Shown here piece by piece: positions 1 through 11,070 of a stretch of 26,343 nt of DNA (within the stretch, counting starts at the first letter, position 1; every line of letters starts with the position of its first letter). The position numbers and the translations under genes are program-made. Origin of the DNA: Vicugna vicugna. Its lineage: Eukaryota. The notes under the pieces were generated by a model. That model saw only the letters and a list, made by a program, of their open reading frames with translations. It made no database searches and was not told the DNA's origin. The stretch covers positions 2,678,844 to 2,705,186 of the forward strand of contig MU057711.1 of NCBI GenBank assembly GCA_013265495.1. The letters are read 5' to 3'.

Positions 1-409
1 TAGTGGGTGGGAATATTTGCAAGCAAGGTCGAGGGGGAGAAGCAGAGAGAAAAGACTCCGAAAGGCGAGAGAGACATCTGTGAGGAAGCAGATTAGGCTT
101 TGCTTGTGATGTGCAGTGTAAACCTCTCCAGCTAAAGTGAGTAAAGTGCATCTTCTTCTCCAGTGCTTTGGCAGCTGGGTTTGAGATGAAGTGGGTCTGG
201 TGTCAAGGGGACAGAGGACACAAGCAGAGGCTTCCAAGGACACCCGGGAGCACCTCTGTTCAACACAGATGGTGACACAGGATGAGAGGAGGGGCTTATT
301 CAAAGTCACCCAGCAAGCTAGAGCCCAGAGTGGCATGTCCTGCTTCGCACGAGTCCCAAACAGCCCAAGAGCAATGGTCATCCCAACTGTCCAGCTTCCT
401 TCCGGGGAC
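1..409 (-). other. SNX20: SNX20 3' UTR (polyA site probably beyond the window)
   Basis: Lies directly downstream of the stop codon. No AATAAA seen on the minus strand here. Confidence 0.7.
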
Positions 410-1078
410 TCAGTACAGATATTCTTGGACGGTGAGTTCCTTCAGGGTGAAGCCCCGCAGGGCGGGCTTCCGAAGCTGGCTCTCCTCCAGCCTCTCCTGC
501 AGGGACACAAAGTCCTTGCCCAGCGCGTAGGCCAGGCGGGCCATGGCCTCCAGCAGCGGGGCGTAGTAGCGGTGGCTCTCCCGGGCCTGCAGGCACTGCA
601 GGGCCCTCTCCCCGGCGGCAAAGGCCTCGGCAGGGCGCTCCATGTCGCGGTGGCACACCAGCATGGCGCACAGGGACGGCACCAGCATCAGCGGGCAGTG
701 GGACGTCAGCTTCTCCTGCAGCGGCACCACGCGCACCAGGATGTCCAGCGCCTTGGCGTACTGGCCCGCCCGCAGGCAGCCGAAGGCCTCCCTCAGCTCG
801 GGCCGCGTCAGGAAGTCGATGAACTCGCGCGAGCGGCGCACGCAGCGGATGGCGTACAGCAGGCGCAGGTACTCTTTGAGGGCCAGCTTGCGCTCCGAGA
901 TCATCTCCTCGCTGAAGTTCCCCACCAGCAGCTTTTTGGGGAAGACGACATCTTCGATCTCTTCCCTGAAAGTCTTTAGGAGTTTTTTCTGGAGCCTCTC
1001 GAAGTCTGAATAGCGCCGTTCCAGGATGGCTTTGTTGCTGTCGAAACTCCCGGTCTGGATGACGACGATCTGGTACAT
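410..1078 (-). CDS. SNX20: Sorting nexin 20, last coding exon (rest of PX domain plus C-terminal PXB helical region)
   Basis: Translation [26 protein letters not shown]...[11 protein letters not shown] matches SNX20 and has the PX RRYSDF motif. Acceptor ctctctctctgcaccgcAG (AG at 1080-1079), phase 0, stop TGA at 412-410. 669 nt. Confidence 0.97.
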   Translation of the reverse strand: MYQIVVIQTGSFDSNKAILERRYSDFERLQKKLLKTFREEIEDVVFPKKLLVGNFSEEMISERKLALKEYLRLLYAIRCVRRSREFIDFLTRPELREAFGCLRAGQYAKALDILVRVVPLQEKLTSHCPLMLVPSLCAMLVCHRDMERPAEAFAAGERALQCLQARESHRYYAPLLEAMARLAYALGKDFVSLQERLEESQLRKPALRGFTLKELTVQEYLY

Positions 1079-1090
1079 CTGCGGTGCAGA
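440..1090. other. CpG-rich gene-body island over SNX20 exon 4
   Basis: Dense CpG (e.g. aactcgcgcgagcggcgcacgcagcgg) and very high GC at third codon positions compared with the flanks. Confidence 0.7.
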
Positions 1091-1544
1091 GAGAGAGCAC
1101 CTTTGAGTACATCCTGACGGAGGGTTTGAACTGCCAGAGCGAGCCCAGGAAATAAAATAATGATGATCATCATTTAAAGCAGGCCCTGGAAATGGGTGAT
1201 CGTTATCTGCAATTGTTTTAAATTACCGCCAGCATCGGCTGAGCTGTAAAAGCGAATCAAGACAAGAGTCAAAAGAAGAATAACAAACAGTGACACAGAG
1301 GCATCCTGGGCCAGGAGGAGCGGGGACCGGCTGGGCTGGGGGTGGGGTGGGGGGGGCCTGGGGGCGTTCTCAGTCTTACATGGTCAAAACTGGGCCTCAG
1401 GTTCCTGAACTGGGAAGCTTGGATTAATAAGGTCTGTGTTTTGCAAGTGTGGAACTCCAGGGAGGTGGTGTTAGGTGATCTATTGGCAGTGATAGTACAG
1501 TGAGAAAATTATTCCTTTATCTTCTCTTTCAAGAGAATGCTGAT

Positions 1545-1715
1545 TAGGGGCACAGACTGCCTGGGTTATAATTCCACCACCATCTCTCTGTGTGGTTTTA
1601 GGTAGGGACTTTAACTCCTCTGAGCCTCAGTTTTCCCATCCATAAACCGAGGATAGGAATGGTGCCTGCCTCACTGGGTGAGGATTAAATGAGTTAATAA
1701 CCATGACATGCAGTC
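1545..1715 (+). mobile_element. MIR
   Basis: Core ctctgagcctcagttttcccatccataaa...gtgaggattaaatgagttaat. Confidence 0.8.
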
Positions 1716-2199
1716 AGCACACAGTGTCAGTTATTGTGACCATTCCATCCCAATCAAGGGGGGTGGGGTGGGGGGAAAAAGGCTGTGTGACTCTTTCGTA
1801 GTCATTAACCTCTCCCCCACCGTGGTCTGAAACTCCATTTTCACAAAGAGAGCAGCCCCCAGGCACAGCTTTCCACCAGCCACCATAACCAGCCAGAATT
1901 TCATAACAGCACTGAGCTTTCCTTGTGTTTACTTTTGTAATGACCTTTTCTGATGCCATGAGATTCTGGTTTTTCCATTTAAGATATTTCCCTTTGAAAT
2001 ACATCTATTCAGTGTCTTAAAAGAGTGATCCACTTTAAAGAAAAAAAATTAGGTAAAGAATAATAAAAATGATACAGGGATGTCAAACGCAGTGAAGAAG
2101 GGACACAGAAACTGGGTACATGAATTAAACTGGGGCTGAATCCTTCTTAGGATCAGGGACCTTGACTCCTACGTCTCCAACCCTCACAGTGCTGTGAAG

Positions 2200-2300
2200 G
2201 GGCCCGTTTTCTCCATAACCCTGTGAGTTCATGTGTGTCAACCCATTTCACGATGGGCAGACTGAGGCTCCACCAGCCTTGCCCAGGGCCAGGATAGAGG
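2200..2300 (-). mobile_element. MIR fragment
   Basis: cccatttcacgatgggcagactgaggctc...cttgcccagggcc. Confidence 0.6.
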
Positions 2301-2339
2301 TGGTGAAAGGCATACCATGATTTCCTAGTCTCCGCTTAC

Positions 2340-2491
2340 CACAAACTTGGAGACCCTCCTCTCCTCGATGCGGGCAGACGCGATCTCAAAGAGCAGTTTG
2401 ACGTGCTTCCAGCAGCACTTCTCGCTGCGCCAGTACTCCTGCAGCTCCCGCGTGGTCATGTTGGAGTTGGAGCTCGGGCTGCTGTGGACAT
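2340..2491 (-). CDS. SNX20: SNX20 internal coding exon (152 nt, phase 1 to 0)
   Basis: Encodes (D)[50 protein letters not shown]. Acceptor tccttccAG (2493-2492), donor GTG|gtaagc (2339). Phases fit both neighbouring exons. Confidence 0.96.
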
Positions 2492-3870
2492 CTGGAAGGA
2501 CCGCACCCTTAAGGACTAGCATGGGTCAGTGCGCTTTGGGGGCAAGGGCTTGGGGACAGGATCTGGAAGAGCTGTGAATATCTCCCTCCCCCATCCCACC
2601 ATTTATAGGCCCAGTTGGGCATCAGCCAGGCCCCTGCACCCAACCCAGCTGAATGCATCCTGTTGCTGACGACCTGGAAGAGCCCATTGTCCCCAGGTGG
2701 CTTCTTGGTTGTGAAACAGAGCGTGTTTGGGATGCATCGTCCACTTTTGGCCCCTGTGAAATCCCATGCTCCTGGAGAGCAGGGATGTAGATGGTTTGTT
2801 TCTGCCCTCCCTACAGCCTTGACTCCGTGGTCGTCGCCTGCTGAGCACACACCAGCAGATGGTGGAGGGAGTTGAGAGGATGCGAGGCTCCAGGCTCAGC
2901 TCATAAATCTCATCTCATTTCCTACACTCTGGGCTTTTTCTTGCATCAGCCACCCCTTCTGCCTTAAATGCCTTCTCCTCTTTCCCTTCTGGGAAAACAA
3001 AGTGTTTCTTAAACCTCACTTGAGCCGTGGGCCATTCTGAGAATCTTGGGAAAGATTAGAATCATTTCTCACCCCAAATGCACAAATCACTATAAAATTC
3101 ATTTCAAGGGATTTGTGTCCCAGGAGCCCTTCTCCACCATGTCCAAGACCCAGCCCGCTTATCCCTTCAACCACCCCCTGGCGTTGGAGTAAGAGCCTCC
3201 CACCTTGTCCCCATAGCCCTTTCCGTGGGATCTTACATTATATCCCACAGGTCTGTTTCCCTAACTAAACACGGGGCTTGTTGACTCCTGTTTCCCCAGC
3301 ACCCGCACAGAGCCAGGTACAAGGCAGGCATCTTGAACCGTGGCATGAATATGGTGGATAATTTTTTGCTCCAGGTGATGGCGCTGTAGCAGATGGGTCA
3401 GTGCCCTGCCACTCCCCTTGGTACTCATTGTTCTGGAACATCCCACTGGCTTCCCACTGGACACACCTACGACTCTCCCTGTGAGGGCTTTCTCCAGCCA
3501 TATTAGCATGCTGCGGAAAGTCCCTCAGCTGATGGAGGATGGACTGGTGGATTGCAGCCTGGCCTCCCTGCCTCTGGGATGGGACACTCTGAGGTGTGTT
3601 CCATGCTTTTTTCCCAGAGAACTCCCGTTGGGACTGGACCCCACCTGCCCACAGTGGTAACCTGTTCATCAACACCCTGTTCTGGCTTCCTGCCCTTCCT
3701 TTCCTCACCTTCCCAGTCCCTGCCATACCTCCTGGGATCATCTCCCAGATATCTCCCCAAGTTAAGTGAGCTGTCTTGCTTTCTGATGGCATCTGCTGAA
3801 GCAACCACACTGGTATTTCATATGTCTTCAAACCTCTATCCCCTGACCCTGCCCCAAGCCTCAAGCCCAC

Positions 3871-4000
3871 CTAGGTGCTCTTCAGGTCCTGGGCGTGGGA
3901 GGTCTGGGCCAGGGGCCGCTGCTTTTGGCTTGGTCCCCGCCATGCACTGGTGTATAGGTTCTGTCCATCCAGGGCTCCCGTGGTGCTTGGAATTTGCCAT
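3871..4000 (-). CDS. SNX20: SNX20 first coding exon (exon starts at 4009, ATG at 4000)
   Basis: MANSKHHGSPGWTEPIHQCMAGTKPKAAAPGPDLPRPGPEEHL resembles the SNX20 N-terminus. Acceptor ccccccggcAG|CCTTGGAGCATGG with good Kozak context; donor CTAG|gtgggc at 3870. 130+152+669 = 951 nt = 316 aa. Confidence 0.93.
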
Positions 4001-4459
4001 GCTCCAAGGCTGCCGGGGGGACAAGAGAGGAGAGTGAGTCCCTACTCCTGCTGGGGTGCCCGGTGGGTCCTGGGGTGCCTAGTCCCCACTGCTGCGCCCT
4101 CCACTGCCCACCTGGCTGTCCACGCTATGGCCAGATGGCAGCCTGGCCCTTGGCTGGACTGATGTCTCCTAGGCTGAGCAGAACCTTCTCTTAACGTCAG
4201 GATCTTTATATTATTGAGTTGCTTCGAATTTTAAAAGAGGTGATTTCAAGCAAACGTAAGGGTTTTCATGACAACTTGGGAGAAAGATGCTGGCTTGTCC
4301 AGAAAAACGTGCTAACACTCCATTTTATATTACACGTGCAAATGAAATTTCAGTGTCCAAAGCAGGGAGATTGGGATGTATCCTTTCCTTCCCCCCAACC
4401 CTTTTTATCCTTTAGCAGACATTTACTAACATGTTATACCCACTTTGTATGCACCTAGG

Positions 4460-4570
4460 CTGTTCACATCCACAATAATCTGTCATGATCCCAATAACAG
4501 ATGAGGAAACTGAGGTTTAGCCCAAGGTCACGTGGCTGGTCTGTGTGCCCAACAAGCAAAGCCAAATTCT
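4460..4570 (-). mobile_element. MIR fragment
   Basis: acagatgaggaaactgaggtttagcccaaggtcac. Confidence 0.7.
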
Positions 4571-4954
4571 CACAACAGGCTAGCTCCACCCCCTGCGCTC
4601 CACACCTGCTCTCTCACTTAATCTGAATCCATGTACGGGAGGAGTTTTTCATCTCCATTTGATGATAAAGAAAATGAGTTGCCCAGGATCAAGAGCTGGT
4701 CATTGGTGGACAGGACACAGATAATATATGGCAAGTGTTGGTGCTGTTGGCTTGGGAACCTGCCCTTGGCCTGGTGACAGCAGCTTCCCAGCCCCTCCGC
4801 CATCCAGCTCCATGAGTGATCACCCTATTCCTTCCCTCCTGAGATGCCTGAACATCACTTCTCCCTCCCAGGGCCACCTGCCATGTCCAGCCTTCTTCTG
4901 GTGGGCACACAGGGCACCTTTCAGAGCCCATACTACCTTTCTGAGGGGGCAGCA

Positions 4955-4965
4955 GGGGACTTTCC
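4955..4965 (+). promoter_or_regulatory. Canonical NF-kB site in SNX20 intron 1
   Basis: GGGGACTTTCC, identical to the classical Ig-kappa kB element. Confidence 0.45.
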
Positions 4966-5039
4966 ATCAGAGGGGAGACTCCAGCAGAGTAAACACCCTG
5001 GTCTGACCTGGGAGACAGAAGTTTATGGTCATTGGAGGG

Positions 5040-5248
5040 GCACACTCCTAAACGTGAGCATGCATCAGAACCTCCTGGGGGTGGCAGTGGGGGTGCTGAG
5101 GGCTTGTCCAAAGCTGACCTCCTGCTCCCAACCTCAGAGAGTCCAATCTAGCAGATCTGAGGGTGAGCCCTGGAGCCTGCATTTTCACAAGTCCTGAGAG
5201 CTGTGCTGACACAGGGGCTCCCTGGCACCACTTTTGAGAAACACAGGT
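5040..5248. mobile_element. MER5A-like hAT-Charlie DNA transposon remnant
   Basis: Motifs gcatcagaacctcctggg, ctgcattttcacaag and accacttttgagaaacac resemble MER5A. Confidence 0.6.
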
Positions 5249-5322
5249 GTGGTGGATTATTCCCCAAGCTCAAGCTCAAGCTCAATGGTGGAGAAACAGC
5301 TGGCACTTCAGAAGGAATCGAG

Positions 5323-5867
5323 GCCACCTAAATGTCCATCAGCATATGACTGGATAAAGAAGAAGTGGTGTATACACACACACACACACACACACACACT
5401 ACATTTGTGTATATATACACAAAAGAATACTTACTACTCAACCATAAAAAAGAATGAAATAATGCCATCTGCAGCAACACGGATGGACCTGGAGATTGTC
5501 ATACTAAGTGAAGTTTAAGTCAGACAGAGAAAGACAAATACCATATGATACCACTTATATGTGGAATCTAAAAAGTGGCACAAATGAACTTATTTACAAA
5601 ACAGAAAGAAATTCACAGACATAGAAAACAAACTTATAGTTACCAAGGGGAAAGGGAGGGAGTCTGGGATTTACAGATACTAACTACCATATATAAAATA
5701 GATAAACAACGAGGTTTATGTGTATAGCACAGGGAAAGATATTTAATATCTTGTAATAACCTATAATGAAAAAGAATATGAAAAGGAATGTATGTATAAC
5801 TGAATCACTACGCTGTATACCAGAAACTAACACAACATTATAAATCAACTATATTTCAGTTTAAAAA
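5323..5867 (+). mobile_element. 5'-truncated L1 3' end with target-site duplication
   Basis: ORF2 C-terminal remnant (PKCPS..DWIKKKW..YYSTIKKNEIMP.AAT.MDLE..ILSEV), 3' UTR and A tail. TSD aaggaatcgag (5312-5322) / aaggaattgag (5868-5878). Confidence 0.9.
5374..5399 (+). repeat. (AC)13 microsatellite inside L1
   Basis: Read directly. Confidence 0.95.
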
Positions 5868-6068
5868 AAGGAATTGAGAAGATGGAGGGTCAAGGAGCTG
5901 CTCCCTGCTCTACCGCAAGGCTCCAAGGGGAGCCCGGTGTACAGAGGCTGTCACGAACCCTTCTCCGTCCCACCCTGCCCCCAAGGAGTACTGAGGGAGA
6001 GTCAGAGGAAGAGGAGGCTCAGGCCACAGGTGGGCAGAGGCCCACTGAGCTTGAGATCAAACACTGAC

Positions 6069-6190
6069 CTGAGGCCTCTGGTCCTGTGTGTGTCCAGGGG
6101 TCTGGGAGGGGTATCACATGGCCCCCCTTCGGCTCTCCGTTCCAAGCTCTGGGCGAGCAGGCTAGTGGCTGTGGCTTTGCTAAGTTCTCC
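6069..6190 (-). other. SNX20: Putative SNX20 non-coding exon 1 (5' end approximate)
   Basis: The first coding exon begins at a splice acceptor, so an upstream exon is required. Donor CCTCAG|gtcagt at 6068 lies in unique sequence just downstream of ETS and CCAAT motifs. Confidence 0.5.
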
Positions 6191-6194
6191 GTAT

Positions 6195-6250
6195 GAAAAC
6201 AGGAAATAGGCTGTGTGACCTGCTCCTGGTCGCCTCCGCCTATTGGCTGA
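6195..6250 (-). promoter_or_regulatory. Putative SNX20 core promoter (ETS and CCAAT box)
   Basis: ACAGGAAAT ETS-type core at about 6199-6208; AGCCAAT on the minus strand (attgg at 6242-6246); GC-rich cgcctccgcc between them. Confidence 0.45.
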
Positions 6251-6439
6251 TGAAAGATGGTAGTGAACTCAACTGACAGACAGCCTGAGGCTGCCCCGCT
6301 GGGCAGAGCTGGGTTGGGCAGGGTGGGCCTGGACCTCAGTTCCCACAGCCTTGCAGCAGCCTGGCTGACCCTCAGGGTCCTTGACTATCTCTGGCATTTG
6401 GACATGAATTCCCTAAGCTCTTTACTGTTCATTATCCTA

Positions 6440-6500
6440 CCCTGTGAGCAAGGCATTGACAGATGGGGAAACTGAGGCTTAGAGCAGAGAGCTGGTGGGA
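6440..6500 (-). mobile_element. MIR fragment
   Basis: acagatggggaaactgaggcttagag. Confidence 0.55.
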
Positions 6501-6729
6501 CACAGAGCCAGTGCCTGATGAGAAAGGGAGGTGGGGTAGACTTATCTTTATCGGGGCGAAGCTGCATCCCATACATCTGACAGAAGGTACCAGGGAAGCC
6601 AAACCTCTGGGCAATAGTGTGATATGTGGCCAACAGTATTGTGGCCTGGAGGGCAGAAGGCCGGGACAAGACTGAAAATAAAACCTCTTCAGCCCCCAGA
6701 AAGGGCCACCCTTTGCCTCTCCCCAGCTG

Positions 6730-8050
6730 AGAGTCCTCCCCTCCCCGGTTCTGATTGTGATGGGGGTCATTTCCTTGCTTCTCTTTGTAATGTACCACCT
6801 ACGAACAGACTCCTGAACAATCGAGTTTCATTTTACTCATTTTTGAGTTGTATGTAAATTGAGCCACACATACTGTTCATATGCATTGGTGCCTTGCTTC
6901 TTTCATTCAGCATTAATGTGAATAAGATTCGTCAATTTTTTGTGGGTAGCTGAAGTTTTTTTCATCTTCATTGTTGTATCATCACGTTGTTTGAATACAC
7001 CAGTACTTACCTTTTGTGTGTGTGTCTGTGGATGCGCATTTGGACTGTTTCTAGTTCGGGCCACCATGATCAGTGCTGCTGGGAGCATTCTTACACATTC
7101 ATCCAGGGGCACATGTTTATCTGGGGAGAAATTACTGGATCTTAGAGTATGAATAAGCTTCAACTGTACTAGATTATGCCAAGCCGCTTCCTGGGTGGCT
7201 GAGTCATCTGCCGTCCCACATGAGAGTTCTGGTACTCTGCATCCTCACCTGCACTTATTAGGGCCAGTATTTTTTTTATGTGAGCTGTTCCCCAATGGAT
7301 GTGTGGTGGTATCTCATCACGGTTTTAAATTGCATTTCCCTAATGACTTGTGATCCTGAGCATCATTTCATGGGCTTTTTTGTTTGTTTGTTTGTTTACC
7401 ATCCTTATGTCCTCTTTGGTGAAGGGTCTGTTCGACTCCACTGCTCATTTTGATTAGATTATTTTCTCAGTGGTTTGTGGGTGTTTTTTTTATGTACTCA
7501 TTTGGTGGTGCATACACTTCCCAATATCCTTTCCCATCTTGTAGTTTGCATTTGTGCTTCTTATGGGGTCTTTGGATAAATAGAAGTTGTCAACTTTAAA
7601 GTATTCAACCGTATCAATCTTTCACAGCCAGTGTCATATCTTAAGATCATGGACATTTCTCCTTTATTATTCTTTATTGTTATTTCTTTTTAAATTAAAA
7701 AAAAAACTGGGGGGGTGGCGGGTATAATTAGGCTTATTTCTTTTTTTAATTAATTCATTGTTAAACGGAAGTACTGAGGATTGAATCCAGGACCTCATGC
7801 ATGCTAAGCACCCACTCTACCACTGAGCTACACCCTCCCCACTTATTGCCATTTCTGTGACAGCTTCACAGGCCACTGGGAGGCTTCAGATGAATTAAGA
7901 TGTGCAAAGCATGCTGGTATGTAGTAAGCACTGTACAAGTGCAGGAAATTCGTGTTATTCTAAAAACCTTTCTAGTTTGCCTTTCTCACTTGGGGCTCTA
8001 TCACGCACTGAGAGTAAGTAGATTTTTGTGTATGGTGTGAAGGAGGCGGG
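6730..8050 (-). mobile_element. Old L1M-type 3' fragment (antisense), interrupted by a SINE
   Basis: Antisense L1 motifs tttggactgtttctagttcgggccaccatgatcagtgctgct, gtggtatctcatcacggttttaaattgcatttccctaatgact, gatttttgtgtatggtgtgaagg. Boundaries approximate. Confidence 0.75.
7688..7842 (-). mobile_element. tRNA-Ala-derived SINE (camelid vic-1-like)
   Basis: Reverse strand reads GGGGAGGGTGTAGCTCAGTGGTAGAGTGGGTGCTTAGCATGCATGAGGTCCTGGATTCAATCCTCAGTAC plus an A-rich tail. TSD ttattgttatttct (7674-7687) / ttattgccatttct (7843-7856). Confidence 0.88.
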
Positions 8051-8814
8051 CCAGTGACTTCCCCGCCCCTTGTTCACCTACTGGCCTTGTTTATTGAAGT
8101 GGCCACCCAGTCCCACTGCTCTGCAGTGCCATCACTGTTATAAAAACATTATCCACACATGTCAGGGTCTGCTTAGCTCAAGGGGAGAGCCATCAACAGT
8201 GTGCCTGCGAGCTGGTGAGCCCCTTGAGAACAGGAGCCGCAACTCTCCCGATGGCCTGATATGGCCGGGAGGCGTGGGCTTTATGTAGAGTGAGATTAAA
8301 ACTCCCTCTCCCCTCGTCCTGCCGCTTTCCAGTCTTCTCCGTTACTCTCTGCCCGGGCCTGGAATCTGCCAGACGCCAGGGTAGACTCTGAGCCCTTCCC
8401 CGCAGCTCTGTCAGCCTCTCACCCAGCAGACAGCAGCCATGAGGAACAGTCTGTAGAAGCCACTGCTTCCTCTTCTGGGGGCGGGAAATGCTTTTTGGAA
8501 ACCCCCAGGCACCCAGGGGTGCCTGGCCTGCATAGGAAGGACCTAGCTGCACCAGAGTGACCTGGAGATGCCCCCTTGGCCACCTGCCAGGTGTTGGCTT
8601 CTCTCTGCAGCACAGCGCTCTACACCATGTACGTGTCTACAGGGCAGGCAAGGCCTCACTGTCATGGGGGGACAGGAGTGGGTGTCCCACGACTGCAACA
8701 TCTGGAGCCAGATGGTGAGGAGGGGACACCGAGGGGCCTGAGGGGTCAGGACAGGCAGTGCTGGAGTCTCAGGGTCTAGGTGTCTCTCCTAGAATTCACA
8801 CCGCTTGGACCGCT

Positions 8815-9270
8815 CGGTAGTGGCCTCCCACTACATCCGGAGTAAACTGGACCCCCTGCTGAGGCCTCCGTGATCCGGGGCTTGCTCCTTTTCTGACTTC
8901 ATGGTGCACCCCTCCTGGCATCACTGAGCACACACCAGCCCTCCTGGGCGGCTTTCTGTTCCTCAAACGTGTTTCAGAGCCTTTGTCCTCACCATTCCTT
9001 CAGCCGGTAATGTCCTTCTCTGGGTTCCTTCCGTGATGGGTTCTTTCTCATCCTCAGGGTGTAGCTTGATGGTCTCTCCTTTGTGCAGCCTTCCCTGACC
9101 CTTCTGTCAAGACTTATCATCGTTTTGCTTGTTTGTTTACTTGTTTATTGCCAGTCTCAGACACCACGATGGCAGGGACTTGGTCTGTGTCAGCATTCTG
9201 TCCCTGGCACCCACCACAGCATCTGCCACCTAGTGGGTGCTCAGTGATTATGTGAGTGAATGAATGAGTG
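8815..9270 (+). mobile_element. L2 3' end
   Basis: Ends cacagcatctgccacctagtgggtgctcagtgattatgtgagtgaatgaatgagt, the typical L2 terminus with a (TGAA)n tail. Confidence 0.75.
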
Positions 9271-9284
9271 GGCCAATGCAGAGA

Positions 9285-9400
9285 CGTGGAGATCAGGGCT
9301 GTGACTCCAGCTCAGCTCTGACTCACTGTGAGTCCTGGCCAGGCCACCGCCCTCTCTGAATGTCAGTTTCCCTAATTGCAACATGAGATTAAATTAAATT
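9285..9400 (+). mobile_element. MIR fragment
   Basis: cagctctgactcactgtgagtcctggcc...ctctctgaatgtcagtttccctaattgcaacatgag. Confidence 0.65.
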
Positions 9401-10709
9401 GCAAATCAGTGAGGTGCTTGTTGGTAGGTGACGCAAAATTTGTTTGTGTCAGTCTTGTTTTTCCATAGCTGGGTAAAGACACGTTAGGCTTTTAAATATC
9501 TCAAAGTTTCTTAATACTGCAAGATTTTAAAGCTGAGGGTCACAGACAGAGTGCGCCGTGGGGCTGTGGTTATCCTGAGACATAGCAGGGGGGCCAGAGT
9601 TCAGGCCTCATTTCTACACTGCAGACTGGGGAAAGCCCTCTGGCCCTCCTGGGCCTTGTGCAAGCTCAGGACTGTCAGCCCTTCTGATCTGTGTAAGGAT
9701 TCATGGCTAGTATGTGGAGAAAATCTAACTTTAATTATCAGCAGAACACAAACACCTTGTGTTCCTGGGAGATCTGTTTGCTTAGGTGAAGGCTCTGATG
9801 AGTTTGGGTGGGAGTTTAGGGCCATCATATGTAATTTGAAGGTTTGCACCCTGCACAGAGCGACTCAAGCGGGCAGGAGTGGGGCTGAAATCCAGCCTTT
9901 ACTCCGCTTTGCCAAGCCGGCTTCTGTGTCCATGCAGGTAAAGGGAGTGCCTTTTTCTAATTTGAAAATAAGCATGATGTGGGCTGGCTGTGAGTGAACT
10001 AATGATGGAGGATCGAGGAGCTGTTTTTCAAAGACAGTTTGTTCCGCTGGTGGAACTTGTAAGCTGGGGGCTATAACAAAGGATTTGAGAAAATGAAGAT
10101 GATTCTGGAAACCATATGGGGAGGGGGATAAGAGAGAGGAGACACAGTAAGGAGTCTGTGGAGGAGGGGAGCTGGATTTGTTGGTTGTCTGATTTTCAGC
10201 AAGACCCGCCCAGTTCACTGATGAGCTTGGAGTTGGGTTAGGGCTTGAGGTGGGGTGAGGGGACAAAATGCGGGGTCTGGTCTTGAGGAGGGATAGAGTG
10301 AGACCAGAGGCTGGTCAAGGGCCCCAGATACATCAGGTTCTCCAGGCTTGCGGCAGCTCAGTAGAGGAGGTTCTCCAGGCTTGTGTCTTTCCATCGTGCA
10401 TTCTCTCTTTTAATGTCATTCAACAAACTTGGGCCAAGCTCTGGGTCAGAAGATGGGGAAAGGATGTCTCAAGCAGTGAAGAAACAGGAAGGACACATGG
10501 AGCATGAGCTAAACCAGAACAACATGTAGGCTGAGAGCAAACAAGACCACAAGCAGGCTGCTCCTTGGCAGCTCAGAGGACTGAAGACTTCCATGGGGGA
10601 CATTGGGGGTCTGGAAAGCTTCCCTGAGGGAGGTGGGCATTGAAGGATAGGCAAATCCCAACAGAAGGAGGGAACAAGGGATGTGAGCTTAATTTGCAGG
10701 TCCACCATC

Positions 10710-11070
10710 CCACAGCTGAGTCTTCTTAGGGAAATTATTTACCTTTTGGAACTGCAATCTCTTCTTCTTGAGAATATGGACAAAGAATAGTACCTATTCC
10801 ATAAAGATGCTGTGAGGATCATATGATGGATAAGGGTACATTACCTGGCATATAGTAAGTGCTCAATAAATAGCATTCATATTATAGAGTGTTCAGTGCT
10901 TACCATGTGCCAAGCTCTACCTATGTGTTCCTCATGACAAGATCTAAGTGGATGATTTGCACCACTGAGCTGTTAGGGAAACTGAGGCCAAGTTTAAATA
11001 ACTGGCCCAAGGACATAGAGAGCTGAAATTCAAATCCAGGCTTGCTTGAGCCCAAAGCCTATGCTATTCA
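10710..11070. mobile_element. Two tail-to-tail MIR fragments
   Basis: Plus-strand tail gctgtgaggat...cctggcatatagtaagtgctcaataaat to about 10880, then minus-strand gggaaactgaggcc...aactggcccaaggacatag...gaaattcaaatccagg. Confidence 0.7.

Noticed and set aside
191..979. 262-aa plus-strand ORF (and 642-1013) antisense to SNX20 exon 4
   Set aside because: These are shadows of GC-rich SNX20 codon usage. The long ORF starts at GTG, and I recognise no protein family in either.
3265..3870. 201-aa minus-strand ORF in SNX20 intron 2 and the many other 60-160 aa ORFs
   Set aside because: It starts at the donor GTG. None shows homology I recognise, coding bias or exon structure, and such ORFs are expected by chance at this GC content.
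5265..5285. (CAAGCT)3.5 and ggagtgcc x2 (about 13193-13208)
   Set aside because: Trivial short slippage repeats with no sign of function.
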